Assembly: GCA_965230945.1 (NCBI GenBank)
Contig: OZ246397.1
Span: forward strand, 304,749-368,748
Source of the DNA: an uncultured Gammaproteobacteria bacterium
GTDB lineage: Bacteria; Patescibacteriota; Microgenomatia; PFEM01; JAPLYW01
Direction: 5' to 3'
Length of the DNA: 64,000 nt
Shown piece by piece: positions 27,722 to 36,549 of this stretch; position 1 is the stretch's first letter, and every line of letters begins with the position of its first letter. Under the pieces are notes generated by a model. That model ran no database searches, was not told the origin of the DNA, and worked only from the letters and a program-made list of their open reading frames with translations. Made by a program: the position numbers and the translations under genes.

Positions 27722-29557
27722 GTGCCCCAAAAAAATAATATAGCTAGTATTTTATCTCAACTTAACCCTGCCCAGCAAGAAGCAGTCTCTTATGGCCAAG
27801 GGCCATTGCTTATCTTAGCCGGCCCAGGATCAGGAAAAACTAGAACTCTTACCTATAGAGCCGCCTATTTAATTCAAGAGGAAAAGGTTAAACCAGAAAA
27901 TATTCTTCTTTTAACTTTTACCAATAAAGCCGCCCTGGAGATGAAAAACAGACTAAAGAAGATTCTTCAACAAGACAAAATTCCTTTTGCCGGAACCTTT
28001 CATAGTTTTTGTGCTCAAATCTTAAGAATAAACGGAAAATATCTAAAGATTCCTCCTAATTATCTTATTTATGATAAATCAGATCAGTTGGAGACGATCA
28101 AAATGGTCTTAAAAAAACTTGACCTTTCTATAAGTCAATTCAAACCAAGTTCTGTATCCACCAGCATTTCTCAAGCCAAAAACGAACTTATCTCCGCTTT
28201 AGAATATCCGCAATACGCCCAAGGACATTGGCAAGAAACAGTCGCCAGAATCTATCTTAAATATCAACAATTTCTCAAAGAATACCAGGCTTTAGATTTT
28301 GATGATCTTCTTTTGGAAACCGTTCGTCTTTTTAGAAAAGAAAAAGAGGTTTTAGAAAGATATCAAAACAAATATCATTGGTTTTTAATCGACGAATATC
28401 AAGATACCAACCAAGCCCAATATATTCTCACCAAACTCCTAACCAAAAAATGGCGTAATTTAAATGCCGTCGGTGATGCCAGCCAAGCCATCTATGGCTG
28501 GCGAGGAGCCAACTATCGTAACCTACTGAACCTCAAGGATGATTTCTCCGATTTAAAAGTTATCAACTTAGAACGTAATTACCGCTCTACCGAAACCATC
28601 CTTGAAGCGGCTAATAGCGTTATCAAGCAAAATACTACTCATCCCGTCTTAAATCTTTGGACAGAAAAAAAAGGTGGCCAGAAAATATCCCTTTTTCAAG
28701 CCAAAAACGAACATCAAGAAGCAGATTTCATTATCGAGAAAGTTAAAAATTATCTTTTAGAAAACAAAACTTTACCTTCTCAAGGATTTGCTGTTCTTTA
28801 CCGAACCAACGCTCAATCAAGAATTATCGAAGAATCTTTTCTACACCACAGTATTCCCTATACCCTCGTCGGCGGAGTAAGGTTCTACGAAAGAAAAGAG
28901 ATCAAAGACTGTTTAGCCTATCTAAGATTGATAGCCAACTCGCAAGATAAGCTTTCTCTTAAAAGAACCGAGAAATTAGGTAAAAGGAAACTTAAAAAAT
29001 TCTTTAGTTTTCTGGAAAAAAAGAAAAAAAGCAAGAAAGAATTAACAACCCTTCAATGGCTAGATGGGATTTTAGAAAGCACTAAATATTTAGAGCAGTT
29101 TAATGAAGACAATCCTCAAGAATTAAGCCGCATAGAAAACGTTAGAGAACTTCGTTCTGTCGCCGAAGAATTTCCCGATCTTCGTCAATTCTTGGAAAAT
29201 GTTGCCTTAATCCAAGAAGAATATACACCTCAAGGTAAGGCCCGCTTTAAAGAAGATTCAGAAGAAAAAATTACCTTGATGACGGCTCATGCCGCTAAAG
29301 GAACAGAATTCTCTGTTGTCTTTATGATTGGTATGGAGGAAGGTCTTTTCCCCCATGCCCGTTCACTAACAGAAAAAGATGAGATTGAAGAAGAAAGAAG
29401 GCTATGTTATGTAGCCATGACCAGAGCCAAAGATAAACTCTATATTTCCTACACTCAAAAACGCTTCTATTTTGGCGAAAGCTCTGTCAATCAGCTTTCC
29501 CGTTTTATCAACGACATCCCGCCTCACCTTCTCGATGTGTTAAAATTAAACGCATGA
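27722..29557 (+). CDS. uvrD: UvrD/PcrA/Rep-family ATP-dependent DNA helicase
   Basis: 'LNPAQQEAV', Walker A 'GPGSGKTRTL', 'LIDEYQDTN', 'YRS', and the later helicase motifs. Confidence 0.9.
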   Translation: MPQKNNIASILSQLNPAQQEAVSYGQGPLLILAGPGSGKTRTLTYRAAYLIQEEKVKPENILLLTFTNKAALEMKNRLKKILQQDKIPFAGTFHSFCAQILRINGKYLKIPPNYLIYDKSDQLETIKMVLKKLDLSISQFKPSSVSTSISQAKNELISALEYPQYAQGHWQETVARIYLKYQQFLKEYQALDFDDLLLETVRLFRKEKEVLERYQNKYHWFLIDEYQDTNQAQYILTKLLTKKWRNLNAVGDASQAIYGWRGANYRNLLNLKDDFSDLKVINLERNYRSTETILEAANSVIKQNTTHPVLNLWTEKKGGQKISLFQAKNEHQEADFIIEKVKNYLLENKTLPSQGFAVLYRTNAQSRIIEESFLHHSIPYTLVGGVRFYERKEIKDCLAYLRLIANSQDKLSLKRTEKLGKRKLKKFFSFLEKKKKSKKELTTLQWLDGILESTKYLEQFNEDNPQELSRIENVRELRSVAEEFPDLRQFLENVALIQEEYTPQGKARFKEDSEEKITLMTAHAAKGTEFSVVFMIGMEEGLFPHARSLTEKDEIEEERRLCYVAMTRAKDKLYISYTQKRFYFGESSVNQLSRFINDIPPHLLDVLKLNA

Positions 29558-30564
29558 AGATTCAGGAAGTTCCAGTAAAGGAAAAAGATAAATTCAATTC
29601 CTTGGTTACTCATCCACTACAATCCTGGCCATGGGGAAAATTTAGAAAAAAAACAGGTATTAAAGTTATCCGCCTAGGTCTCTATAAAAACAAAAATCTC
29701 CAAGAAGCCTACCAAATATTCGTTCATCCCCTGCCTAAATTACCATACACCATTCTCTATTTTCCCAAAGGACCTAAGCCTAGCAAAACCATGCTCCAGG
29801 CTTTAAAAAAGATTGGGCAAAAAGAAAAGGCGATTATGGTCAAAATGGAACCTAATGTTAAAAATGATGAAAAAATAAAAAAATTCTTGCTGGCTAATGG
29901 TTGCCAAGCAGGCAGGCCACTTTTTACCAAGTTTACTTTCCATCTTGATTTAAAACAGAAAGAGGAAGAAATTCTGCAAAAGATGAAGCCTAAAACAAGA
30001 TATAATATCCGCTTAGCGCAAAGACACGGCGTCGAAATTGAAGAAGATAATTCTGCTCGAGCCTTTAAAACCTATTTAAAACTAACCAAAGAGACAATGA
30101 AGAGACAAGGCTTTTACGCTCATAGTCCTCAATACCATCAAAAAATGTGGGCGGAAATGAGTCAGGCAAAGATTGCTCATCTCTTTTTAGCCAAATATCA
30201 AAAAGAAATCCTAGGTGCCTATATCTTCTTCATCTTTAACAATGTCCTTTATTATCCTTATGGCGCTTCAAGTAGAAAATACAAAAAAGTCATGCCTCTC
30301 TATGCTCTTTTCTGGGAGGCGATTAAATTCGGACAAAAAATGAACTGTCATACCTTTGACATGTGGGGTAGTCCAGGACCTCAAGTAAGCCCCAAAGATG
30401 CTTACTTTGGTTTTCATCGCTTTAAGGAAGGTTTTGGCGGAGAATTAATAGAATTTATAGGTACCTATGACCTAGTCATCAACCCTCTTCTCTATCCACT
30501 TTTCAATTTCACTAATACGATCCGTTGGCAATTTTTACGCCTAAAATCAACTATTACTTTTTAA
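29554..30564 (+). CDS. FemAB/FemX-family aminoacyl-tRNA-dependent peptidoglycan peptidyltransferase-like protein
   Basis: C-terminal 'YYPYGASS...RFKEGFGGELIEFIGTYD' matches the FemAB C-terminal region. ATGA overlap with the helicase gene. Confidence 0.7.
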   Translation: MKIQEVPVKEKDKFNSLVTHPLQSWPWGKFRKKTGIKVIRLGLYKNKNLQEAYQIFVHPLPKLPYTILYFPKGPKPSKTMLQALKKIGQKEKAIMVKMEPNVKNDEKIKKFLLANGCQAGRPLFTKFTFHLDLKQKEEEILQKMKPKTRYNIRLAQRHGVEIEEDNSARAFKTYLKLTKETMKRQGFYAHSPQYHQKMWAEMSQAKIAHLFLAKYQKEILGAYIFFIFNNVLYYPYGASSRKYKKVMPLYALFWEAIKFGQKMNCHTFDMWGSPGPQVSPKDAYFGFHRFKEGFGGELIEFIGTYDLVINPLLYPLFNFTNTIRWQFLRLKSTITF

Positions 30565-31405
30565 CTCGATCAACTCTTCCTAAAAGTGTTCCTACTTGCT
30601 CACCTTTGGCAAATTTCAGAATAACATCTTTTTCATAACCGGCAATTCCAACACGTAATTTACATTTAGCACATCGTAATGCTTCTCGCAGTTTTACTAT
30701 CATCCCTCCGATGCCGTTTCCACTGGAAGTACCTTCAATAAAATTAATTAAATTTTTCTCTCTATTCCATATGTTAATTTCCTCATATAGCTCTGCCTTT
30801 GAGTCAATCTTCGGATCAGCTGTATAAATTCCTCCTTCATCAGTCAAAAAAAGAATTGCATTGGCCCCAATCTTTAAAGCAGTCATTTTGGCCAAACGGT
30901 CATTTTCACTAATTCTTTTTTCCATAAGCGCTATTTCCTTATCTGAAACGGGATCATTTTCATTAATAATAGGAATCTGCCCAATTTTTAAAAGATCAAA
31001 GATGCACTGGATAACTTCATTCCTTTCCCTTTCATTAGACCAATTGGTAAAAGTCAGTAGAAATTGCCCTGCTGTTTTTTTAAACTTTCGGAAACCTTCT
31101 GTCCATCTCTTCATCAGGAGCGGTTGGCCTATGGCTGCTAAAACCTGCTTATCGACACTGTTTGTATTTAATCCAAATTCTTCCAGTTTTTCTCTTCCTG
31201 CTTTTATAGCTCCGGAACTCACCACTATCAATTCCACTCCTTGTTTTTGAAGCTTCACAAGTTGTCTTGCATAATCATTGAAGATTTTCTGGTCTAGCTT
31301 CTTTTTACCATTTTGAAGACTACATAAATTCTCTGTTCCACATTTAACCACTAACCGTCGCGGTAAAATTCGCTTTTTATTTCCTTTTGTCTTAGTTCGA
31401 GACAT
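30554..31405 (-). CDS. proB: glutamate 5-kinase (AAK domain only, no PUA)
   Basis: 'LVVKCGT', 'VVSSGAIKAGRE', 'IPIINENDPVS', 'LTDEGGIYTADP', 'GNGIGGMIVKL' follow the ProB motif order. Confidence 0.8.
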   Translation of the reverse strand: MSRTKTKGNKKRILPRRLVVKCGTENLCSLQNGKKKLDQKIFNDYARQLVKLQKQGVELIVVSSGAIKAGREKLEEFGLNTNSVDKQVLAAIGQPLLMKRWTEGFRKFKKTAGQFLLTFTNWSNERERNEVIQCIFDLLKIGQIPIINENDPVSDKEIALMEKRISENDRLAKMTALKIGANAILFLTDEGGIYTADPKIDSKAELYEEINIWNREKNLINFIEGTSSGNGIGGMIVKLREALRCAKCKLRVGIAGYEKDVILKFAKGEQVGTLLGRVDRVKK

Positions 31406-31443
31406 GATGAAATTATATCAAAAGCCTACATTCCTTCCAAATG

Positions 31444-34317
31444 TTACTGCCATGCTTCACAAATCAACTTATAATCACAGAAATCACATAAAGGACTTGG
31501 TTTAGGTTCAAAATCACTCTTGGCTATTTCCTGAGCCTTTTTAATAATCTCTTTTCTCACTTCCTGAAGCTGTTTACTAGTCCTTTTGGTGGAGATTTTT
31601 TTACCAGAATCTAAAAAGTAAAAAGTCAAGGTCACTTCTCGTGGATTTTTATTGTAAATACCTTTATCCTGGGCTGCCAAAGCATAAACGGTCATCTGTA
31701 AAGATTTATCAACTTCCTTTTGTTCTAATGAACGACCCGTTTTGTAGTCAATAATCTCTATTTTATCTTTGCCAATCTTATCAACGCGATCTATCTTACC
31801 GCCAACTTTTAGATCAGGACTGGCCTTAATAATGAAAGACTGTTCTAAAGATTCAATGACCACTTTCTTATCCAGATTTTTATAAAAGTTAGCTAACATC
31901 CTCTGAGCCGCTCGTTTACCTTCTTTCTCATGAGCCTTATCAGTATAACCCAAGGATGACCAATTTCTATCTAACAAAGATAAAAGATCTTTCTCTTTTA
32001 ATTTCTGTTTACCCTTAATCCCCTGAAGGAAATCTCTTAATGTTCGGTGAATTGTATTACCAAGGCTCTGGGGTGCCGAAGGAGCGACCGGTATTCTCTG
32101 TAGATAGCGATAACGATACTGCAAAGGACAATTATTAAAAGTATCTAATTGAGAATAAGAAAGATAATTAATCACTGGCCTCTGTTTCTCTTCAACTCTT
32201 TCTTTTTCTTGAGACTTGTAGTCAAAAATTGAAAGCTGATCAGTATCTTTAACAATTTCTTTTCTGATGGCTTTCTCACCTAGGGCCTCAACGACAAAAG
32301 GTGAAATCTTTTTCTCTCTTTTAGCTTCACCATAATAATTAGATAAAGAAAAAATTAATCTATCTCTCGCCCTGGTCATGGCCACATAAAAAAGACGCCG
32401 TTCTTCTTGTTGGTGATAATCGCCGGAAGGCAAAATCTCTTTAATCAGCTGTTCGGGAATAGGAATCTGTTCTCTTCTTTCCCTAGTAGGAAAACGGGCT
32501 GAAACCAAATTAACCAAAAAGACAACGGGGAACTCGAGACCTTTAGAAGAATGAACGGTTAAAATATTAACTCTATTCTCTTCAGACCAATCAAAATTAT
32601 TAGCCAAAGGAGATTCTCCTAATCTCATTGAGAGATTAATCCAATCAACAACCGCCTGGACAGTAGCATCTTCATGATCAACTTCATAGGTACGTAGCCT
32701 ATCAAAAAACTTGGCGATATTCTGGGCTATTTTTTCTTCCTGAAGGCTTTTGTATTCAGCCAGCTTTTTTAAAAGACCAGTATCTTGTAAAAAGTAATAA
32801 AGAATCTGCCCGGCTGTTTCCTTATTTAAAAGACCTAAATGGCGGTGAACTATTTTAACAAAGGCATTAATCTGCTCTTTAGTTTTCGGCGAAACAAAAA
32901 TTTTATCTACTTCTTCACATGCTTCAAATAAAGAAAGATTCTGTTTTCTAGCAAAATTATTAATGGCCGCCAAGTCACGGGGAAAAATATTAAAATAATC
33001 CATTGACAGAATCTTAAACAAAGCAACATTATCTTCAAAATTATAAAGAAGTTTAAGATAGGCAATCAGATCCTTAACTTCTGCCTGACGAAAAAGTTGT
33101 CCAGGCCCTAAAAACTGGTAAGGGATACCATGACGAGCAAATGCCCGCGTAAAAGGCCCAGCATGATTATTAGCTCTTACCAAAATGGCAAAATCAGAAT
33201 ACTTATACTTCTTACTAAGTTCCTCAATCTTTAAGGCGACTTTTTCTGATTCATTTTCCACTCGATCAGTATAAAGAAGCTCAATCGGGGATTGCTTAAC
33301 CTGACGGACAGCGATAAGGTGTTTGTCAATTTTTTCCTTAACTTCTAGCCTATCTGGATTATTGTTTTGGATTAACTGGTAAGCATGATCAAGAATTAAC
33401 TGTGAAGAACGATAATTCTCTTTGAGAACAACTATTTTTGCCTTAGGAAAACTTTCTTTAAATTGAATGACATTGGAAATGGCTGCTCCACGCCAGCGGT
33501 AGATTGATTGGTCATCATCAGCACAAACGGTAATATTCTGTTTCTTGCCCGCCAGAAGAACAGCCAATTGGTTTTGAGCATAGTTGGTATCTTGGAATTC
33601 ATCAACAAGAATATAATTAAATTGCTTTTGATATTGCTGTAAGATGTTTTTTCTTCTCCGAAAAAGTTCTAAAGTTTTGGCAATTAAGTCAGCAAAATCA
33701 AAAAGTCCTTCTTTGGCCTTCAGTTCTTCATAGGCCTGGTAAGCTAAGGCTAATTCTTGAAGTTTATCCATCTCTTGTTTTTCTTCTTTAGTTAGTTTCC
33801 TTTTCTTTTCTTTTTTGACCCAACTTAAATATTCAGCCGAAGAAACATCTTCATCTTTTAATCTGGAAAAATGCTGCAGCATACCGGCAATAAACTTGGT
33901 GGGATTACCTAGAGGACGAAAATATTTTAGTTTAAACTTAAAAAGATTCTTGGTTAAAAATTGAATCGTTTCTGCCTCAGCCATCAATTTATAATCAGGA
34001 TTGAGGCCAATATGAATTCCTTCCTGTCGTAAAACCCGGTCACAAAAAGAATGAAAGGTAGAAATCCACATATCGATATAGCCATAGGGTAAGGCCAGAT
34101 CAACTCTCTCTTCCATCTCCCTGGCCGCTTTGTCAGTAAAAGTCAAAGCCAAAATTTCGGTTGTTTTGGCTTTCTTAGAAGTGATTAAGTATTTTATTCT
34201 CTCGGTGATAACCGTTGTCTTACCTGTTCCGGCTCCGGCAATAATCAACAAAGGCCCATCACCATAAGAAATAGCTTCTTTTTGAGCCTTGTTTAACTTT
34301 TTCTGATTCTTAGGCAT
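31444..34317 (-). CDS. UvrD-like helicase fused to a C-terminal PD-(D/E)XK nuclease with a Cys4 Fe-S motif (AddA/AdnB/Cas4-like)
   Basis: N-terminal 'LIIAGAGTGKTT', 'LVDEFQDTN'. C-terminal 'NNCPLQYRY...C-x2-C-x5-C (CDFCDYKLIC)'. Confidence 0.85.
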   Translation of the reverse strand: MPKNQKKLNKAQKEAISYGDGPLLIIAGAGTGKTTVITERIKYLITSKKAKTTEILALTFTDKAAREMEERVDLALPYGYIDMWISTFHSFCDRVLRQEGIHIGLNPDYKLMAEAETIQFLTKNLFKFKLKYFRPLGNPTKFIAGMLQHFSRLKDEDVSSAEYLSWVKKEKKRKLTKEEKQEMDKLQELALAYQAYEELKAKEGLFDFADLIAKTLELFRRRKNILQQYQKQFNYILVDEFQDTNYAQNQLAVLLAGKKQNITVCADDDQSIYRWRGAAISNVIQFKESFPKAKIVVLKENYRSSQLILDHAYQLIQNNNPDRLEVKEKIDKHLIAVRQVKQSPIELLYTDRVENESEKVALKIEELSKKYKYSDFAILVRANNHAGPFTRAFARHGIPYQFLGPGQLFRQAEVKDLIAYLKLLYNFEDNVALFKILSMDYFNIFPRDLAAINNFARKQNLSLFEACEEVDKIFVSPKTKEQINAFVKIVHRHLGLLNKETAGQILYYFLQDTGLLKKLAEYKSLQEEKIAQNIAKFFDRLRTYEVDHEDATVQAVVDWINLSMRLGESPLANNFDWSEENRVNILTVHSSKGLEFPVVFLVNLVSARFPTRERREQIPIPEQLIKEILPSGDYHQQEERRLFYVAMTRARDRLIFSLSNYYGEAKREKKISPFVVEALGEKAIRKEIVKDTDQLSIFDYKSQEKERVEEKQRPVINYLSYSQLDTFNNCPLQYRYRYLQRIPVAPSAPQSLGNTIHRTLRDFLQGIKGKQKLKEKDLLSLLDRNWSSLGYTDKAHEKEGKRAAQRMLANFYKNLDKKVVIESLEQSFIIKASPDLKVGGKIDRVDKIGKDKIEIIDYKTGRSLEQKEVDKSLQMTVYALAAQDKGIYNKNPREVTLTFYFLDSGKKISTKRTSKQLQEVRKEIIKKAQEIAKSDFEPKPSPLCDFCDYKLICEAWQ

Positions 34318-34323
34318 TTTCGA

Positions 34324-35292
34324 CTACTTTATCTTTTTAACTTCCTTTTTGACGCCCTCGCCCAAAGACTGAGTTGAAGAAAGCTTCTGTCCAAGCTGGG
34401 TAAAACCAGAAGCAACATTATGCATTTGATTATAGGCATTTTGTAAATGACGGGATAAAAGAGAAAGGTTTTCTTCAACTTTATTGTAATCTTTATGAAT
34501 AGCCCTAATGGCTGCTAAAATCTGTTGAGCTCTTTTTTCGATCTTTTGACCTTCAAAACTCATCAAAATGGCTCGTAAGTAAGCATAAAAGGTCGTCGGT
34601 GAAACTGGCAAAACTCTTTTCTTGCTGCTGTACTCAAAAAGCTCGGCATTATTGACAATTTCATAATAAACAGTTTCTGAAGGCAGATACATTAAAGCGT
34701 AATCGATTGTGCCCTCTTCAGTGAGAATGTATTTGGAAGCAATATCATTGATATGTTTTTTGACATCTTTAACAAATTCCTTTTCGGCTGCTTTTTTCTC
34801 ATGATCGCTTTGGGCATCCATTAGACGACGGAAATTTTCCATAGGAAATTTAGAATCAACCGGAATAATACCGGCTGAGGTCTTAATAGCCGCATCAACC
34901 TTGACTCCTGACTTAAAACTATACTGCAGGAAAAAGGAACTTTTAGGTAACATCTGGGCTAGCAACTCCCTTAAGACTTGCTCACCAATGTTACCACGCA
35001 ACTTAGGAGAACGTAAAAACTCTTGAATATCCTTCATCCCTCGACCAATTTCAGACATCTCGCCAATATTTCTCTGTACCTGACTAATAACTCTAGCGGC
35101 GTTATCCAATCTTTCGTTAATTGACTGAGACATTACCTGACTTGATCTCTGTTGACTCTTCAACCATTCTTTTAAAGTTTCGTCTGGTTTAGCCATTTCT
35201 TTAATCTCGGCAATTTTTTTTAAAATGAAAAAAATACCTACTCCCAAAACAAGAGCCAATAGAGCAAAAAGAAGATAAAGTTCACGAATCAT
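34324..35292 (-). CDS. rmuC: DNA recombination protein RmuC
   Basis: N-terminal TM and coiled-coil, then a C-terminal RmuC domain 'RGNIGEQVLRELL...IIPVDSKFP...ALMYLPSE'. Confidence 0.85.
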   Translation of the reverse strand: MIRELYLLFALLALVLGVGIFFILKKIAEIKEMAKPDETLKEWLKSQQRSSQVMSQSINERLDNAARVISQVQRNIGEMSEIGRGMKDIQEFLRSPKLRGNIGEQVLRELLAQMLPKSSFFLQYSFKSGVKVDAAIKTSAGIIPVDSKFPMENFRRLMDAQSDHEKKAAEKEFVKDVKKHINDIASKYILTEEGTIDYALMYLPSETVYYEIVNNAELFEYSSKKRVLPVSPTTFYAYLRAILMSFEGQKIEKRAQQILAAIRAIHKDYNKVEENLSLLSRHLQNAYNQMHNVASGFTQLGQKLSSTQSLGEGVKKEVKKIK

Positions 35293-35333
35293 GGCGATTT
35301 TAATTATAACATCAGTTGTTATACAATTGAACC

Positions 35334-35675
35334 ATGAGGAAACAGCTGAAAACTAAAATAAAACGCCGCAAAAACTTCCTGCCTCCTTTAATCTTAGCCA
35401 TTATCTTTTGGGGAATCTGGGTTTGGTTTGTTTACTCTTTTCCCCCCGACAACAACCTTCTTATTTTTATCTTTTATATTCTTCTTTTCTTGGCTGCCTT
35501 TTTCACCATGGCTCTTGTTTTTGCTAATAGCAAAATGGGGGTTACCACCGCCATCTGGTTTATCTTTATCCTTGTCTTCCGTTACTTTAAAATCAGTAAT
35601 CTTTTGAATCTTTCCTTGTTAACCGTTATCTCTTTTCTTCTCCTCATCTACTTTAGTAGAAAAATAAATAATTGA
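35334..35675 (+). CDS. small polytopic membrane protein, hypothetical
   Basis: 113 aa, 3-4 hydrophobic helices. Confidence 0.45.
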   Translation: MRKQLKTKIKRRKNFLPPLILAIIFWGIWVWFVYSFPPDNNLLIFIFYILLFLAAFFTMALVFANSKMGVTTAIWFIFILVFRYFKISNLLNLSLLTVISFLLLIYFSRKINN

Positions 35676-35693
35676 CAAAATCATTTCTTGGTG

Positions 35694-35764
35694 ATTTAAT
35701 TAAATAAACAAATCAAAACTGCACGATAATTTTTCCTCTGTCCGATTTAATCAATTAAACAAAT
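35694..35764. promoter_or_regulatory. Two copies of a 20-mer, GATTTAATTAAATAAACAAA at 35694-35713 and GATTTAATCAATTAAACAAA at 35745-35764, upstream of and overlapping the start of the TrpR-like gene. Candidate operator pair.
   Basis: 17/20 identical, 51 bp apart. A TTGACA-like hexamer sits at about 35674. Confidence 0.4.
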
Positions 35765-36128
35765 GCAGATTTCTAAAAAGAAGCTGCCGCCACAAGTCAA
35801 AAAACAAATTTATGACCTTCTCCATAGAGTTATCGCCGATATTAGGAACCCTCAAGAAGTCAAAGAGTTTCTAGAAAGTTTTTTAGGTGATAATGAAAAG
35901 GAGGCTATTTCCCGCAGATTAGGCATTGCCCATCTTTTAAACAAGGGCAAAACCTACGCCTATATTAAAGACTATTTAGCTGTTTCCAGTACCACCGTCG
36001 CTTCCATCGCCAGAGAAATAAAAAAAGAAAAAGGATTTACAGTAGCTTTTAAAAAGATTTATGCTGATGAATGGGCTGACAAATGGGCCAAAAAAATAAC
36101 AGAGGTCTTCAAGAAAAGTAAAAAATAA
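35763..36128 (+). CDS. TrpR-related YerC/YecD-family DNA-binding protein
   Basis: 'EKEAISRRLGIAHLLNKGKTYAYIKDYLAVSSTTVASIAREI' matches the YerC/YecD HTH region. Confidence 0.75.
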   Translation: MQISKKKLPPQVKKQIYDLLHRVIADIRNPQEVKEFLESFLGDNEKEAISRRLGIAHLLNKGKTYAYIKDYLAVSSTTVASIAREIKKEKGFTVAFKKIYADEWADKWAKKITEVFKKSKK

Positions 36129-36210
36129 GCTTTCCCATAGTGTTTTCCGAATCTTAGAAATTTTTAAAAATAATTAAGGAGTTTTACCAAAAAATAATAG
36201 AATCAAAGAT

Positions 36211-36492
36211 ATGATAATTAAGAAAAAAGTACAACAAAAATATTTTCAGGCTGTAGAAGATGGGAGAAAGCGCTTTGAAGTCAGATTGGCAGACTTTAAA
36301 AGTAAAGCAGGAGATATTCTTATTTTAGAAGAGCAAGAAGAAAAAACTAAAAAATTAACTGGTAGGAAAATTAAGTGTGAAGTTTTGTATATCTTCAATA
36401 CAAAAGATATAAAGAAGTTTTATAAGAAAGAAGATTTAGATAAATACGGACTTGTAGTTCTGGCCATAAGAAGAAAATATAAACACCAGTAA
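36211..36492 (+). CDS. ASCH/DUF3850-like small protein
   Basis: 'KYFQAVEDGRKRFEVRLAD...GDILILEE' matches the DUF3850 pattern. Confidence 0.6.
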   Translation: MIIKKKVQQKYFQAVEDGRKRFEVRLADFKSKAGDILILEEQEEKTKKLTGRKIKCEVLYIFNTKDIKKFYKKEDLDKYGLVVLAIRRKYKHQ

Positions 36493-36507
36493 TAGCTTCT
36501 TAAAATT

Positions 36508-36536
36508 CTCTTTCTCCTTCAAAAAGAGCCTTTTTT
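36508..36536 (+). terminator. weak AT-rich hairpin plus T-run after the DUF3850 gene
   Basis: ctcttt-N8-aaagag, then ccTTTTTT. Confidence 0.3.
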
Positions 36537-36549
36537 AGTTTAAAATATA

